From Mobula hypostoma (Eukaryota): 64,000 bases of DNA. The notes under the pieces are model-generated. The model worked only from the letters and a program-made list of their open reading frames with translations. It made no database searches and was not told the DNA's origin. The position numbers and the translations under genes were made by a program. The stretch lies in the NCBI RefSeq assembly GCF_963921235.1, contig NC_086097.1, positions 55,554,001-55,618,000 of the forward strand, written 5' to 3'. Shown here piece by piece: positions 24,740-37,525 of the stretch (position 1 is the first letter of the stretch; every line of letters starts with the position of its first letter).

Positions 24740-25519
24740 ATATGATCTTGCTCTGCCATGCATAATACAATAAATCAAAATGAGAGTTCACATTACCACC
24801 CAAACATTGGCATCTCTTCAAAGCTCATGATCTCTTCCCTGTCACCTTACTCATGAAATACCAACAGTTGTTCTAACGTTTCTAATTTATCAAGAATGCA
24901 TTGGGTGAGGTAAATTCAGAAATTTCATAACTGCAAGAACATGCATACAAGTGAGTACTGAGTAAGAGATGAGAGTCAAAAACGGGAGATAGATTTTATA
25001 AAGATGCTTTGGTCACTTTCATTGCCTGAAAATTGAAGAAATTTGCCTCCTAAATATGAAAGATCTGACAAGGGCCTGGATTTTTCACTCAAGTGGTTGA
25101 CTTTGGTGATCAAAATAAAATTGATTCTTTTCTGGGATACATCTGTGACATTATTCATACTCTTTACTCTGAAATGTAATAATACCAAATATTAAGCACA
25201 CTGTATATCTTAGCTGTTTTGATTGCAAATACAACTGCATTTGTAGATAAACTAATATCTTTACTTGGTTCACTCAGTGACAGAAATATTAAAAGAGAAA
25301 ACTAAGGCACAAGGAAATATTGATTATCCTTTTTGGTTTGGAAATAAGACAGAGCTGTCAGAAATACTTAGCAGGTCAGACAGCGTCTATAGAGAAAGAC
25401 AAGGAGTTCAGGTCCATAATCTATCATCCAAAAAGGGGAAGAATGCAAATAAAGGTAAGAGGAGAATAACAGCAAAGTCTGTGATAGAACATATGACAGG
25501 CAAGATTAAAGGTCAATAA

Positions 25520-25780
25520 GTGATCAGTGTACTACATGGATCAGTGCTGGTCCCTTTGCTGTTTTTGATGTACAACCAAGAATGATGTGAATAAGTAAGC
25601 TTGCAGATGATACACTAATTGGTGATAGATAGTGAAAAGTGTTATCTAAGGCTGTGGCAAGTCATTGATCAGCTAGCGAGCTGGGCAGAACAATGACAAA
25701 TGAAATCTGAGCACAACAATTGCAAGGTGATGCATTCTGGGAGGGAAGTAAGGGCAAGTACACAGTAGATGGCAGGCCAT
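25520..25780 (+). mobile_element. Highly degenerate CR1 RT fragment
   Basis: SVLHGSVLVPLLFL, KLADDT, WAEQ, CKVMHSG. Confidence 0.6.
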
Positions 25781-26249
25781 GGCGAGAGTCGCACAATAAG
25801 TAAGTGGTAAGCATTGTTAGCTTCCCCATGTCATGTCATGTAAATTCACACACTGGCACACTCACCTCATTACGTGTTCACCATAGACGTTTTCAGTCTA
25901 ACTGATGCTCTAACAATCTCTGATTTTGGATGGATGAAAGCTGCCTCTATCACCAAAGCAACCTTTTCCTCTTCTCAGCCATCAAAATTTGTAAGGGCTG
26001 TGAGACCATGCAGTTGGAGATGCTAGCTGCATAGGAGATATTGAAACAGGTTTCCTCTCAAAGTAAGTTGCACTGACTGCACTCGCTTTCACTTCAATGC
26101 AAGTTGGACAACAATTTCTCACTACTCACGTGTAGGTATAAATATCCAAAAGATGGTGCTACCATGTCTCTGAAAAAAGCATAGTGCTGTTTGAGTCTGT
26201 AATGAAGTGTATTGGTTGTCATGAAACTTCTGTGTTTGCATCACCACAA

Positions 26250-27006
26250 TCCGGTAAGATGGCGGCATGCTCAGGCACTGCGGCTTCTGTGGGGCCGATC
26301 AGAGGTGTTATTGTCTTTTGTAAACTTTTTTTTTTTACGATTTGCAAGACCCAGCGGGACATTGAGAACTGGGAGTGCTGCAGGTCTACCCGTCAGTGGG
26401 TTGCTCGTTGGCAGAGGAGCTGAAGGAGCTGGACTTGGTACGGCTCATGCTGCTGCCAGCGTCAGTGAGGCGCTGGGGGAGTCAGTACACGAAAGCCATG
26501 TGCAGTCTAATAGCAGAACAATCATCGTTGTCACTTTGATTGCAAGACCTTCTTGGACATTATTGATGTGAGTTCATTTCAGTGATTTATTGGTGGATGA
26601 TGGGGGAGCTGCCTGGCCTCATTCAGGCAAGGACTGGGCATTGGGCCATGGTGTTGACCCAGGGGAGGGGCATTGGAGTTGGTGCGCTTCACGAGAGTGC
26701 CAGGGGATGGTGTGGCGTGGCATCCAAGCTGGACTCAGTGCTGCCCCCAATGTTCGCTCGGCAGAAGACAAGCCATATTGTGTTCGACTGCAGACTGCTG
26801 CAACATTCATGGACTCAGGGTCTTGGGTAATTTTTTTTGTGTGACTATATCTTATTGCTATCTTATATGTGCCATTTGTGCCTTATGCTCTGTGTGATTA
26901 TTGGTACTGTGTTTTACACCTTTGCCCCAGAGTAACACTTTTTTGGCTGTATTCATAGGTATTCTTATTGGTTGAATGACAATTAAACTTGAATTGAAAT
27001 GAATTG
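26250..27006 (+). mobile_element. Non-autonomous LINE-derived element (Rex/Babar-like ends)
   Basis: Starts with tccggtaagatggcg (LINE-type 5' motif), has a GC-richer body, and ends gaatgacaattaaacttgaattgaa(atgaa). No coding homology recognised. Confidence 0.5.
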
Positions 27007-27236
27007 ATCTGGTATGATATAAGCCACACATCACAAAAATCGCCACTGTTTTTCTCCTAATCACTTGTACTTAATCCAATAAACTGTTTGCTACAGTGGA
27101 AACGATAGATTAAGTCAAGCACTGCTTTGTCCTTGACGTTCAGATATATTCTTTCCATGTGTACAAATGATTTTAAAATATAATTGGATTCAGATTCAGA
27201 TTTATCACATCTACGGCAAAATGTGTGGGTTCCATT

Positions 27237-29580
27237 TGTGACAGGAATTCAGTGATGGGAGAGACACAGGCACAGAATGAACATTTCACTGAGATTTACT
27301 AAGAACTGTACAGAACAAATCAAAATAATAAACGCTGGGCTAAATAAAAACTTTCAGACTAACTAAAGATGTCAGGATGTGCTGCACAGAACAGACCTGG
27401 GATCCAACAAGTGGGGAGGAGAGAAAGCGTGACTGGAGCAAGGGTTGAGGGGGCGGGAGGGAGTAAAGTCACTGACTCGAGCTGGGCAATGTGGAACACT
27501 GGATGAATATTCATGGATGATAGTAGGCGCAGACGATAGGAGGTACTGTTGATGGCCTTCTTCACTACGAATGGTTCCACATAGCATAGGGCCAGCTTGC
27601 AGCTCTCTAAACTTAATGGAAGAACTCTTGATGCCAGTTAGACTTTTTCCCATGGCTTGAGAGGTCTCATCACTGAGAGGTGGGCCAGGGGCGGTGAGGC
27701 AAAGCAGTAGGCAGGGCACTGATGTAACATCTTGTTCTGGTCACAAGTGGAACAGGCAGAGAGGAAGTCATGAACATCTTGAGACATTGATAGCCTCCAA
27801 AATCATCCATTTATTGAATCCCTGGGTGGCCAACCAGATGGGAAGAGTGACTCCACTCCAACTCTCTGGAGTGCACAGTGGCAGGGACAAACAGATGGTT
27901 GGGATGTCCCTTACCTGAGCCTAGATCTGATCGTTGGATGGCCTTCACTTCTATTTCTACTCCGCAAATCACCAGAGCAGCTCTGCTTGAACAGAGAAGG
28001 ATGGGCTCTGGGTTGGCGTTGTCCTCAGAGATGTCAAACTGGTGGGAAAGAGCATCGGCCTTGGTATTCTTGCTGCCAGGATGGTAGGTGTGGATGAAAT
28101 TAAACCGGGTGAAGAAGAGAGCCCAATGGGCGTGATTGGAGTTGAATCTCAAATGTAGGAGAGGTTCTTGTGATCTGTCCATGCCTGAAAGGGGTGCTCT
28201 GCTCCCTCCAGCCAGGGTTGCCAGGCCTCCAGGGCCTCCTTGACAGCCAGAAGTTCTTGTTTCTCAACATCATAGGTGCACTCTGCAGAAATCAAGTGAT
28301 GGGAAAAAAAATCACAGGGCTTTTCCCAGGGCTTGAGAGGTCTCATCACTGACTGGTAGGCCGGGGGCGGTGAGGCAAAGCAGCAGGTGACGCACACCAA
28401 CAGGGCACTGACGTAACATCTTGTTCTGGGCACAAATGGAACAGGCAGAGAGGAAGTTATGAACATCTTGATTGTCCATTGGAATCCTGCAGATGTCTTC
28501 CTGTTGAGTACGTTCATCAGAGCTGCAATGGGACTGAATTTTCTGATGAAGTGGCGATAAAAGTTTGCAAACTCCATGAAGTGCCTCCCCCGTTTGATTG
28601 TGGATAGTTTGGGCCACTCCGTGACTGACTGAACTTTACATGGGAAGGGGTGAGGATATAGCCCAAAAACAACATCTGCTCTTTGTGGAACTTTCACTTC
28701 TCTCACAGCGTAAAGGTTGTTCTCAAGGAGCTGTCTGATAACGTTTCCGGTATGCTGGCTAAGTTTCCAATGAGAGTGAGAATAGATAAGAAAGTTGTCC
28801 AACTTTGCAAAATCAAACTGATTCAATATGTCCTGGAGTACATCATTGACCAGGGCCTGACAAACAGCAGGGGTGTTGGCCAGACCAAATGGTGTCATGA
28901 GGTACTCACAGTGGCCAGTGGGGCTGTTGAATACTGCTTTCCACTTGTCCTCTTCTGGGATGTAAACCAGGTTGTAAGCATTGCGCAGATCTATCTTAGA
29001 GAATATGGTTGCTCCCTGGAGATGTTGAAATGCAGGGACAAGCAGGGGAGGAGGGTAGCGGTTCTTCACGGTGATGCTGTTGACGGATTGATAATCAATG
29101 CAGGCATGAAGCTTGCCACCCTTCTTGCTCACAAAAAAGAATTGCGCCCCTGCTAGAGAGATAGATGGACAGATAAATCCTAGGGCCAATGCCTCCTTGA
29201 TGAATCCTTCCACGCTTGAATTGGGCTTGCTACTGTAGTTGCTGGAAGAACAGGTGTCTGTACTTGCAACAATGGTACATGAGCTCACAATGGACAGCCA
29301 AAATCAGGTGGTGGACATTACTGGCACCTGCCACTATTCAGCGTCTCTCTGCCAGGACAATCCCATTTACAACACTGGTACCTCCCCCATCCTCCCCTAT
29401 TGCAATATCATCAGCCTCTGCACCTAATGCCCCGATTCCCTTGGCTGCTTCCGGACCTGAACCGAGCATTCCTTCACCAGGCAGATACTCCGGTGACCAC
29501 GGTGGCTGCAGAAATGTTATGACTTTCCAGTTCCAGCCAGGTCAGTTCAGTGATGATGCATGTAAACTGATCAACCTCAC
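27237..29580 (-). mobile_element. Rearranged Gypsy (sushi/chromovirus-like) element: RT, RNase H and integrase pieces on the minus strand, gag fragment on the plus strand
   Basis: ORF 28149-29288: FFFVSKKGGKLHACIDY...KNRYP...FSKIDLRNAY...PFGLANTPA...YDVEKQELLAVK...WTDHKNL. Also WALFFTRFNF...NTKADALS and YRLRL...IHPVFH. Plus strand PSPGRYSGDHGGCR (~29470-29510). Confidence 0.85.
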
Positions 29581-30689
29581 TGCTGAGAGACAGAAGAGAA
29601 AAAAATGGGTCACAATATTTCATTGTCCTTTTACTGTGGTTGTTTTGATTAAACTGGGAACTGTTGAAGTTGAATCACATTCAATAAAAATCACAACATA
29701 AACTAAAGGAGCTACTGGAACTGCACAAGAAAGACATTAACTGTTAATTGAATCATCTGTCCATTCTCTGGTGGGAACTGTAACTCCCTGGGACTAATTA
29801 AATGCTATTACTTTTACAATTAATTTTGAATCTTATTTGGTTGATGAATCTTATATTCTCCCAAAATGTTGGTAAACATAGTCTGCATTCTTATGCCTCA
29901 GGATTGGATCCTTTCCCAACATAAGACTCTTCCCTCCCTACATATGGTCTTAAAATGAATTTGCCTTGTGAGTCATCAAGAATTACTGCTGGAGTAAGCT
30001 ACAAGGAAATTTTATGATGGTTGTAAAATCCTCCACCCCTCTCACCATTGTCTCCTTTCCACTATCATGCATGTGAATTACATTTTTTTCTTAAAGTATG
30101 CTGCTTAAGATGGCAATAATCATCAAGAAATAGTTAGCTCTTAAACCATCAATGTAGGGCTTAATGAAAACTGTTTCAAATCTAATTTCAGCACCTACAG
30201 ATTATATGTTAATTTTTATATGTGGAAATGGTGCAACAGCTCTTTACCAAAATTTGCACTTATAATGGGACTGTGTAATGGGCCCACTTTATGCCTCAAA
30301 TCCAAGACCCAGGATAGACTGCAGGTGCTGGAAACTGGGGGAAACTTGAGTTCCTCCAGCATTTTGTGTGTGTTGATATCTCCATTAGTGCAGAAAGGTT
30401 TCCTTTTCAAAAGGTGCTTCCATGTACGAGAGACCAGAACTATGCACCATGAATGCAGGATAGTCACCAGTAAATCTAATGAGGAATTCAGGTGGAATTT
30501 CTTTATTCAAAGAACTATTCCTTGGAGTATTTGAAGCAAAAAGATCAATTTAAGTTAGATAAGTACATGGTGGAGAAAGAAAATACAGGATATGATCATG
30601 AAGTGAGATGAAGTCAGTGGTCTTGCTAAATGTGATCATGAGCTGCTTTGATATTTAAGGGATCGTCTGATCATCAGGCAGCAGACACA

Positions 30690-30887
30690 CATATGATTAA
30701 TGGAACGAATGACAGAGGGATCAGTGCTGGATTTCAACTATGTACAGTATGGAGAGCATTGTAGTCAAATTTGTTGATGATGGGTGGAAAAGCAAATTGA
30801 GAGAAGGGCATAAAGAGTATGAAAGAAATACATGGGCAAACATTTGGCAGATGGGGGAATATGAGGTTATCTAATTTGATGTAGAAC
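30690..30887 (+). mobile_element. Old CR1 fragment, host of the L1 insertion (continues 34893-35060)
   Basis: GSVLDFNY, KFVDD, WAKHLAD.EYEVI.F on the left. CR1-like gaggtgtccttgcacagg...tcctttattgcaaagg on the right of the TSD. Confidence 0.55.
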
Positions 30888-33800
30888 GAGACTTCCGGTC
30901 AAGATGGCAATGGTTTAGTCGCTTAAAGCTGTTGCTCTGTTTTATTTCTTATCTCCGCACTTCTTCTTTCCTTTTTTTTATGCTAGATTGTTAAATTTTT
31001 TACTTTCCCTCCTGCCTGCGAGTATGCCTGTCTTACAATGGCTTCAAAGATCACCAAATCAGGGAGAGAAGAAGTTCCTGCGGCTGGTTCTTCTGCCGAG
31101 ATAGTTTCCATTTTGGAACAGCACGGACATGATATAATATACGAATTTAAGTCTTCTTTCAGTTCGTTGGAATCCAGATTAGATCAAATTAATTCCAAAG
31201 TGGAGCCTCATGCCGAACGTCTTTCTCTTCTTGAGTCTGCTACCGATGATTTAGAACATCGCTTTCACGATTTGGAAACTGTTTGCTCCAGCTTCAGGGA
31301 TCATAACAGCAAGTTAATATCCAAAGTTACTGGCCTGGAAGGACGGAGCAGACGTCAAAATCTACAAATCCTCGGCTTGCTGGAGGCTATCGAAAGTGGA
31401 TCTCCAGCTGAATTTTTCTCCACTTTGTGAGATTTTTGGGGGTGATATTCTTCCGACCTCACCCAAGTTAGAGCTCACCATACCTCTGTGCCTAAGCCGG
31501 AGTTGGGCCATAGGCCAAGCCCAGTAATTCTCTGTTTCAATTGCTAAAAGGTGAAAAACCTTTGATTATGGAAGCACATCGGAGAGGAAAGTTGGAATAC
31601 AAGGGTCAATCTATCTGTGTTGTCAAGGATTATGCTCCCCAAGTTCTGAGTCTACGTGCCGAGTATAAAGGAGCCATGAAAAAGTTTTATAATTGTGGAC
31701 TCAGGCCCTCTTCGCGTTTTCCAGCTCGTCTCTGACTAACTCTCGCTACTGGAAAAAAGAAATGGTTTAACTCGGTTAAGAAGCTCAGAAATTTATCGAA
31801 AGTCTCCCTGCTACTTCCATTTCCTCAGATTTGGTTTGATTATTTAAAATGGCAGACAAGTACTTTTTTTGCCTTTGTTTTGTTTCCTGATCTTTCTTTT
31901 TCAAGTCGGTGAATTTTTTCATAGTTTCTCATGGGAAGGCTACTAGGTAAAATTTGTTTATATGTTTCTTAGTTCATATCTTTTCTTTTGGATTATTACT
32001 TTGAGTTAAGCTTAATACATTTTGGTGGAATTGTTTTTCTTTTCTCTATGTATAATTCTAATTCGTAGTGCGCAAGTTTTCTGGTTTTGAATTGTTAACA
32101 AAATGGAGCTTATGATGATGATAGGAATCTGGAAGTTGGTTTTTGGGGTGGTTATTTTTACGAAAAACTTGCTGCTGAACTCTGGTAGCTTTCTTGTCAT
32201 GGGATTTGAGGCGGAGGGGGGAGGGATCTCTATTGCCAATAGCATTTATAGAATCTTTAGTTACTCTTTGTTATTCAGGACATATTCCTGACCTGATTCT
32301 CTTGTTTTATACTTTTGCCCCAAAGCTGTTATTTGATTGTTTGATTTTGCTCATGCCTACTACTCCCCATGTTTTTTTTAAAATGACAATGTTTAGTCCA
32401 TTGAGTTTTATAAGTTGGAATGTTAAGGGATTGAACAATCCTGTTAAAAGAAGGAAGGTGTTTTCACATCTTAAGCAGCTCAAAGCCGCAGTTGATTTTT
32501 TGCAAGTAACACACATTCATAGTTCTGATCATTCCCGTCTCATGTCAAGGTGGGTGGGGTTCCACAGGGTACTGTCTTGTCTCCCTTTCTCTTCACCATT
32601 TACACCTTGGACTTCAAATACTGCACAGAGTCTTGTCATCTTCAGAAGTTTTCGGATGACTCTGCCATAGCTGGATGCATCAGCAAGGGAGATGAGGCTG
32701 AGAACAGGGCTACGGTAGGAAACTTTGTCACATGGTGTGAGCAGAATTATCTGCAGCTTAATGTGAAGAAGACTAAGGAGCTGGTGGTAGACCTGAGGAG
32801 AGCTAAGGTACAGGTGACCCCTGTTTCCATCCAGGGGGTCAGTGTGGACATGGTGGAGGATTACAAATACCTGGGGATACGAATTGACAATAAACTGGAC
32901 TGGTCAAAGAACACTGAGGCTGTCTACAAGGAGGGTCAGAGCCGTCTCTATTTCCTGAGGAGACTGAGATCCTTTAAGATCTGCCGGATGATGCTGAGGA
33001 TGTTCTACGAGTCTGTGGTGGCCAGTGCTATCATGTTTGCTGTTGTGTGCTGGGGCAGCAGGCTGAGGGTAGCAGACACCAACAGAATCAACAAACTCAT
33101 TCGTAAGGCCAGTGATGTTGTGGGGATGGAACTGGACTCTCTCGCGGTGGTGTCTGAAAAGAGGATGCTGTCTAAGTTGCATGCCATCTTGGTCAATGTC
33201 TCCCATCCACTACATAATGTACTGGGCGGGCACAGGAGTACATTCAGCCAGAGACTCATTCCTCCGAGATGCAGCACAGAGCGTCATAGGAAGTCATTCC
33301 TGCCTGTGGCCATCAAACTTTCCAACGCCTCCCTTGGAGGGTCAGACACCCTGAGCCAATAGGCTGGTCCTGGACTTATTTCATAATTTACTGGCATAAT
33401 TTACATATTACTATTTAACTATTTATGGTTCTATTACTATTTATTATTTATGGTGCAACTGTAATGAAAACCAATTTCCCCCAGGATCAATAAAGTATGA
33501 CTATGACTATGACTATGTAGCACTTCCATTCTACTTTTCCTGCTAAAGCCGGGGGATCTTAATTCTTATAAATCAAAATGTTCCTTTTGAGCTTCACAAC
33601 AAGGTATCTGATACAAATGGTCATTTTATTATTGTTTCTGGGAAATTGTATAATACTAGGGTAGTCTTGGCTAACCTGTACGCTCCCAATTCGGATGATG
33701 TAGTTTTTTGATCATTTTTTTCTTTATTGCCTGACCTGAGCTTGTATTCTCTTATATTGGGTGGTGATTTTAACTGTTGGTTAGATCCAGTTATGGATCG

Positions 33801-34877
33801 TTCATCCTCTGTTCCTAGACTACCAAGTAAATCTGCTTTATCAATTCAGTCTTCCCTTTCTAATTATGGTATCTCTGATGTTTGGCGTTTTCTCCATCCA
33901 AGTGAGAGAGATTACTCTTTTATTTCACATATCCATCATACTTTTACTAGAATTGATTATTTTTTAATCGATAACCTGCTAATTCCAATCTGTTCGCTCT
34001 TGTGATTATCAGAATATATTGATTTCAGATCATGCCCCAGTTACCCTGTCTATATTTCTTCCTGGTCATAAACACTGGTGCTTTAATCCGACCCTGTTGT
34101 CGGATAATGATTTTGTAAAATTTATGAAGGACCAGATAACTTTTTTTTAGATACTAACATCTCACCTGAAACCTCAACTCAGGTCGTCTGGGGTGCTATG
34201 AAAGCATATCTAAGGGGCCAAATAATTTCATATACTGTGAATTTGAAAGGAAAGACCTATACAGAGTGATTAGATCTGGTTAATCAAATTAAAGTAACAG
34301 ACCAAGTATACGCCCAGACCAAAAATCTGCAACTGTACAAGAAGTGAGATGTTGCCCTACCCACTCATGCTCAATGGCTCAGAGACATTATGCCCTGCTT
34401 AGACCTTGAAGATTCATTATTCACTTCTTAATTCGGACATACCGTTCCATAAGGTGTGGGGACCTTTTCCTGAATATTTTCATAAATCCTCTTTAGATTA
34501 AAGGTTTATCCTCCTTTTTCTTTCAGTACTTTAATCCCTTACTTCCAGCTTTTTTTTTCTGGTTAACGTTTACGGTTTATTTTATGATGTGAAATATATT
34601 ATAGTTTAGGTAGTAGGCAATACACTTTTTTTATACACTCACAACTCTGTGGTGACAAAAGCTCTGATTAACTTTTCTTTATATCGTAATGGTTGGCTTG
34701 GAGTTGCGTAGTGGGAGGGTGGAGAGGAAACTAACTTTATATGATTTTATTTTGGGTGCTTTTCCTTTACTGTTATGAATTGTACACCAGACACGTTGGT
34801 TTTGCACTGTATAAATCTCCTTTTTGTTGGTGGGGTTTTTTTTTGTTGTAATGTAGAAACTCATAAAAAAATTTAAA
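30888..34877 (+). mobile_element. L1 retrotransposon with both ends, disrupted ORF1 (31038-~31830), ORF2 interrupted by Rex1 and lacking the RT core (deletion near 34345); 15-bp TSD
   Basis: 5' gacttccggtcaagatggc. ORF1 coiled coil and LEGRSRRQNLQILGL. ORF2 FISWNVKGLNNPVKR, ILGGDFN, RIDYFLI, ISDHAP. A-rich end. TSD aatttgat(g/a)tagaac at 30873-30887 and 34878-34892. Confidence 0.92.
32556..33517 (+). mobile_element. Rex1/Babar-like LINE, 5'-truncated, nested in the L1 endonuclease region
   Basis: Open 270-aa frame 32550-33362 (GVPQGTVLSPFLFTIYT...QKFSDD...). aataaa then (gactat)n tail. L1 reading SRWVG|xHFHSTF resumes at 33518. Confidence 0.92.
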
Positions 34878-35310
34878 AATTTGATATAGAACAAAATACT
34901 GTTGAAAGGGGAAGTGACTACAGACTACTGTTGTGTATAGAGAGGTGTCCTTGCACAGGAAAAGCAGAAAGCTATCAAGCAGCACACCCAGCAGCAAGTA
35001 ATTAGGAAAACAAATTCAATGGTGTCCTTTATTGCAAAGGAAAATGAGTTTAAAGTAAGAAAATTTTGCAACTATACTTAAAGAATCTCATTTGAGTTTC
35101 CTTCATCTTATCTGCCAAGGTCAACTTTTGTCCCTTTTGGCCCTTCTCTTACGATACGTTTGTTGAAGACACGTGTGCACAGAACAATTCGCAATGGAAT
35201 TCCTGTGACTATCATCTCAGGCTGAGACAACTAGCTAACCACAAAGGTTTTCTATCCAGAATCGCTACAGAGTTTCCAAGCTCCTTCGAATTGTTTTTCT
35301 GGGGTTAATA

Positions 35311-35500
35311 TAAAACATAAAGTACAGAATATGTTCAGCATGTGAGGCAGTATCTGTGTATAGATAAACTGAGGTAATGTCTCAGGTCTGACTTTTTAAA
35401 ATAACTATTGAAAGTCAATGAACTTCAACTCTGTTCCTGTTTTCAGATGCTGTCTGACCTGTTGACTATGTCCAACATTTTCTGTTTTTATTTCAGATTC
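35311..35500. mobile_element. Old fold-back element related to the PLE/HHR terminal family (decayed)
   Basis: Left arm ...ttcagcatgtgaggcagtatctg...ctgaggtaatgtctcaggtc is a degenerate reverse complement of right arm ...caactctgttcctgttttcagatgctgtctgacctgttgact...ttttctgtttttatttcaga. Same family as 60080-60190. Confidence 0.55.
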
Positions 35501-35703
35501 ATCAATGACAGCATTTTGCTTCTGGTGAAATGCTGTTGCGACATCACGTATGATTGCTCTTAATTGGCCTCTGCGTGAAAACTTAGTTGAAAGATCAGGA
35601 GTCAAATGGTCATGGTGAGGTCTGATGGTAAATATGTCACCTAGACCAGATGGACTTCACCCCACAATTCTGAAAGCGGTAGCAAGAAATTGTGGAGGTA
35701 TTT

Positions 35704-36200
35704 AGAACATGAACATAGAAATCCACAGCACATTACAGGCCCTTCGGCCCACTATGTTGTACTGACCATGTAACCTACTCTAGAAACCGCCTAGAATTAC
35801 CCTACTGCATAGACCTCTATTTTTCTAAGCTCCATGTATCTATCTAAGAGTCTCTTAAAAGACCCTATTGTATTGGCCTCTACCACCATCACCAGCAGTA
35901 CATTCCACGTACCCACTACTCTGTGTGAAAAACTTACCCTGACATCCCCCTTGGACCTACTTCCAAGGCATTTCAGCCTGGGAAAAAGCCTCTGGCTATC
36001 CAGATGATCAATGCTTCTCATCATCTTATACATCTCGATCAGGTCACCTCTGATCCTCTGTCACTCCAAGGAGAAAAGGGCAAGTTCATTCACCCTATTC
36101 TCATAAGGCACACTCTCTAATCCCGGCAACATCCTGTAAGTCTCTACTGCACTCTCTGTATAGTATCCACATCCTTCCTGTAGTGAGGTGACCAGAACTG
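35704..36200 (-). mobile_element. CR1 3' end with internal deletions
   Basis: Minus-strand MLPGLESVPYENRVNELALFSLE and MYKMMRSIDHLDSQRLFP. Tail (catagaa)n at 35704-35720. Confidence 0.8.
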
Positions 36201-36204
36201 AATG

Positions 36205-36520
36205 AGTGGAAGTGGAGGGGATGCTTCCTATTGTAGTGGATTCTAGGACCAGAGGGCACAGCCTCAAAATAGAGAGTCGTCACTTTAGAACAGAAATGAG
36301 GGGAAATTTCTTTAGCCAGAGGGTAAAGAATCTGTAGAATTCATTGCTTCTGTGGAGATCAAGTGGAGGTTGATAGAATTAGTAAGTGCATCAAAGGATA
36401 TGGGGAGAAGGCAGGTGAATGGAGCTGAGAAGGATAATAAATCAGCCATGATGGAATGGTGGAACAGACCTGATCAACCAAATAGTCTAATTCTGCTCCT
36501 ATGCCTTATGGACTTATGGT
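36205..36520 (+). mobile_element. CR1 3' end
   Basis: tctaggaccagagggcacagcctcaaaat...ctaattctgctcctatgccttatgg. Same family as 1130-1416. Confidence 0.8.
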
Positions 36521-36639
36521 TTTCATGTGCAGAGTAAAATGTAATGAGCAACAGCAGAATAATAGATCTGGGTAATTGCTAAATCATTACTTTCTTTGAT
36601 GTAGATTTTCAGTGATTTTTTTAGGTAAAACATTCTGGA

Positions 36640-36960
36640 GAGACAATAGTCATACAGCATTGAAACAGCCTCTTTGGCCACTGTGGCTATGATGACCATT
36701 CTGTACTCATCTATACTAATGTATTTACTACCACATATTCCACAGCTATTGTGATTCAAATACTTATTGAAATACCTCTGAAACATTGTGAGAGTACCTA
36801 CTTCTATCGTCCACTGAAGAAGTATTTTCCAGACTCCAATCACCGAGTGAGAAAATTCTTTCTCCAAACCTCCCGAAATCCCTTACCCCTTACACCAAAC
36901 CTACGGCCCCTAGTTCTAAATACCTTTGCCATGGTAAAAAGCTCCCTACTTTCCATGCAA
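36640..36960 (-). mobile_element. Degenerate CR1 3' end
   Basis: Minus-strand EKEFSHSVIGVWKILL..TIEVGTLTMFQRYFNKYLN. Tail tagtcatacagcattgaaacagcctctttggcc. Confidence 0.6.
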
Positions 36961-37024
36961 GCTGAAAGCAATTTTAATGTACTTCCTCTTAAAATGCACT
37001 TTTCTTCCATTCGTTAAATAACAT

Positions 37025-37525
37025 TAGGTTAGCATGTAGCACCACGTTTTACAGCACCAACTGTGCGGTAGGGGTTTGACTCCCACACTGTCTGAATTGA
37101 TTGACTTTATTTCTTACATCCTTCATATACATGAGGAATAAAAGTCTTTACATTACGTCTCTGTCTAAATGTGCAATCATAGTAATTTATAATAACTTAT
37201 AATAAATAGAACAGTCAATGTAACATAGAAATACACTCAAATCAGTGTGGGTTAATCCACCAGCCCTAGCTGGTGGATGTCTGTAAGGAGTTTGTACGTT
37301 CTCCCTATGATCACATGGGTTTCCTCTGGGTGCTGCAGTTTCATTGTGCGTTCCAAAAGACGTCTCGTTGGGGCCAGTAAGTTGCGGGCGTGCAATGTTG
37401 GCGCCAGAATGTGGCAACACTTGTGGGCTGCTCAGCACGATCCTCACTGTTTCGATTTGATGCAATCGATGTATTTTGATATAAGTTTCAATGTACACGT
37501 GACAAATAAAACTAACCTTTATCTT
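37025..37525 (+). mobile_element. V-SINE-like element interrupted at ~37097-37275 by a minus-strand LINE 3' tail
   Basis: B-box ggtttgactccc. tgtctgtaaggagtttgtacgttctccctatgatcacatgggtttcctctgggtgctgcagtttc (V-domain-like). Tail tgtacacgtgacaaataaaactaa. Confidence 0.7.
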
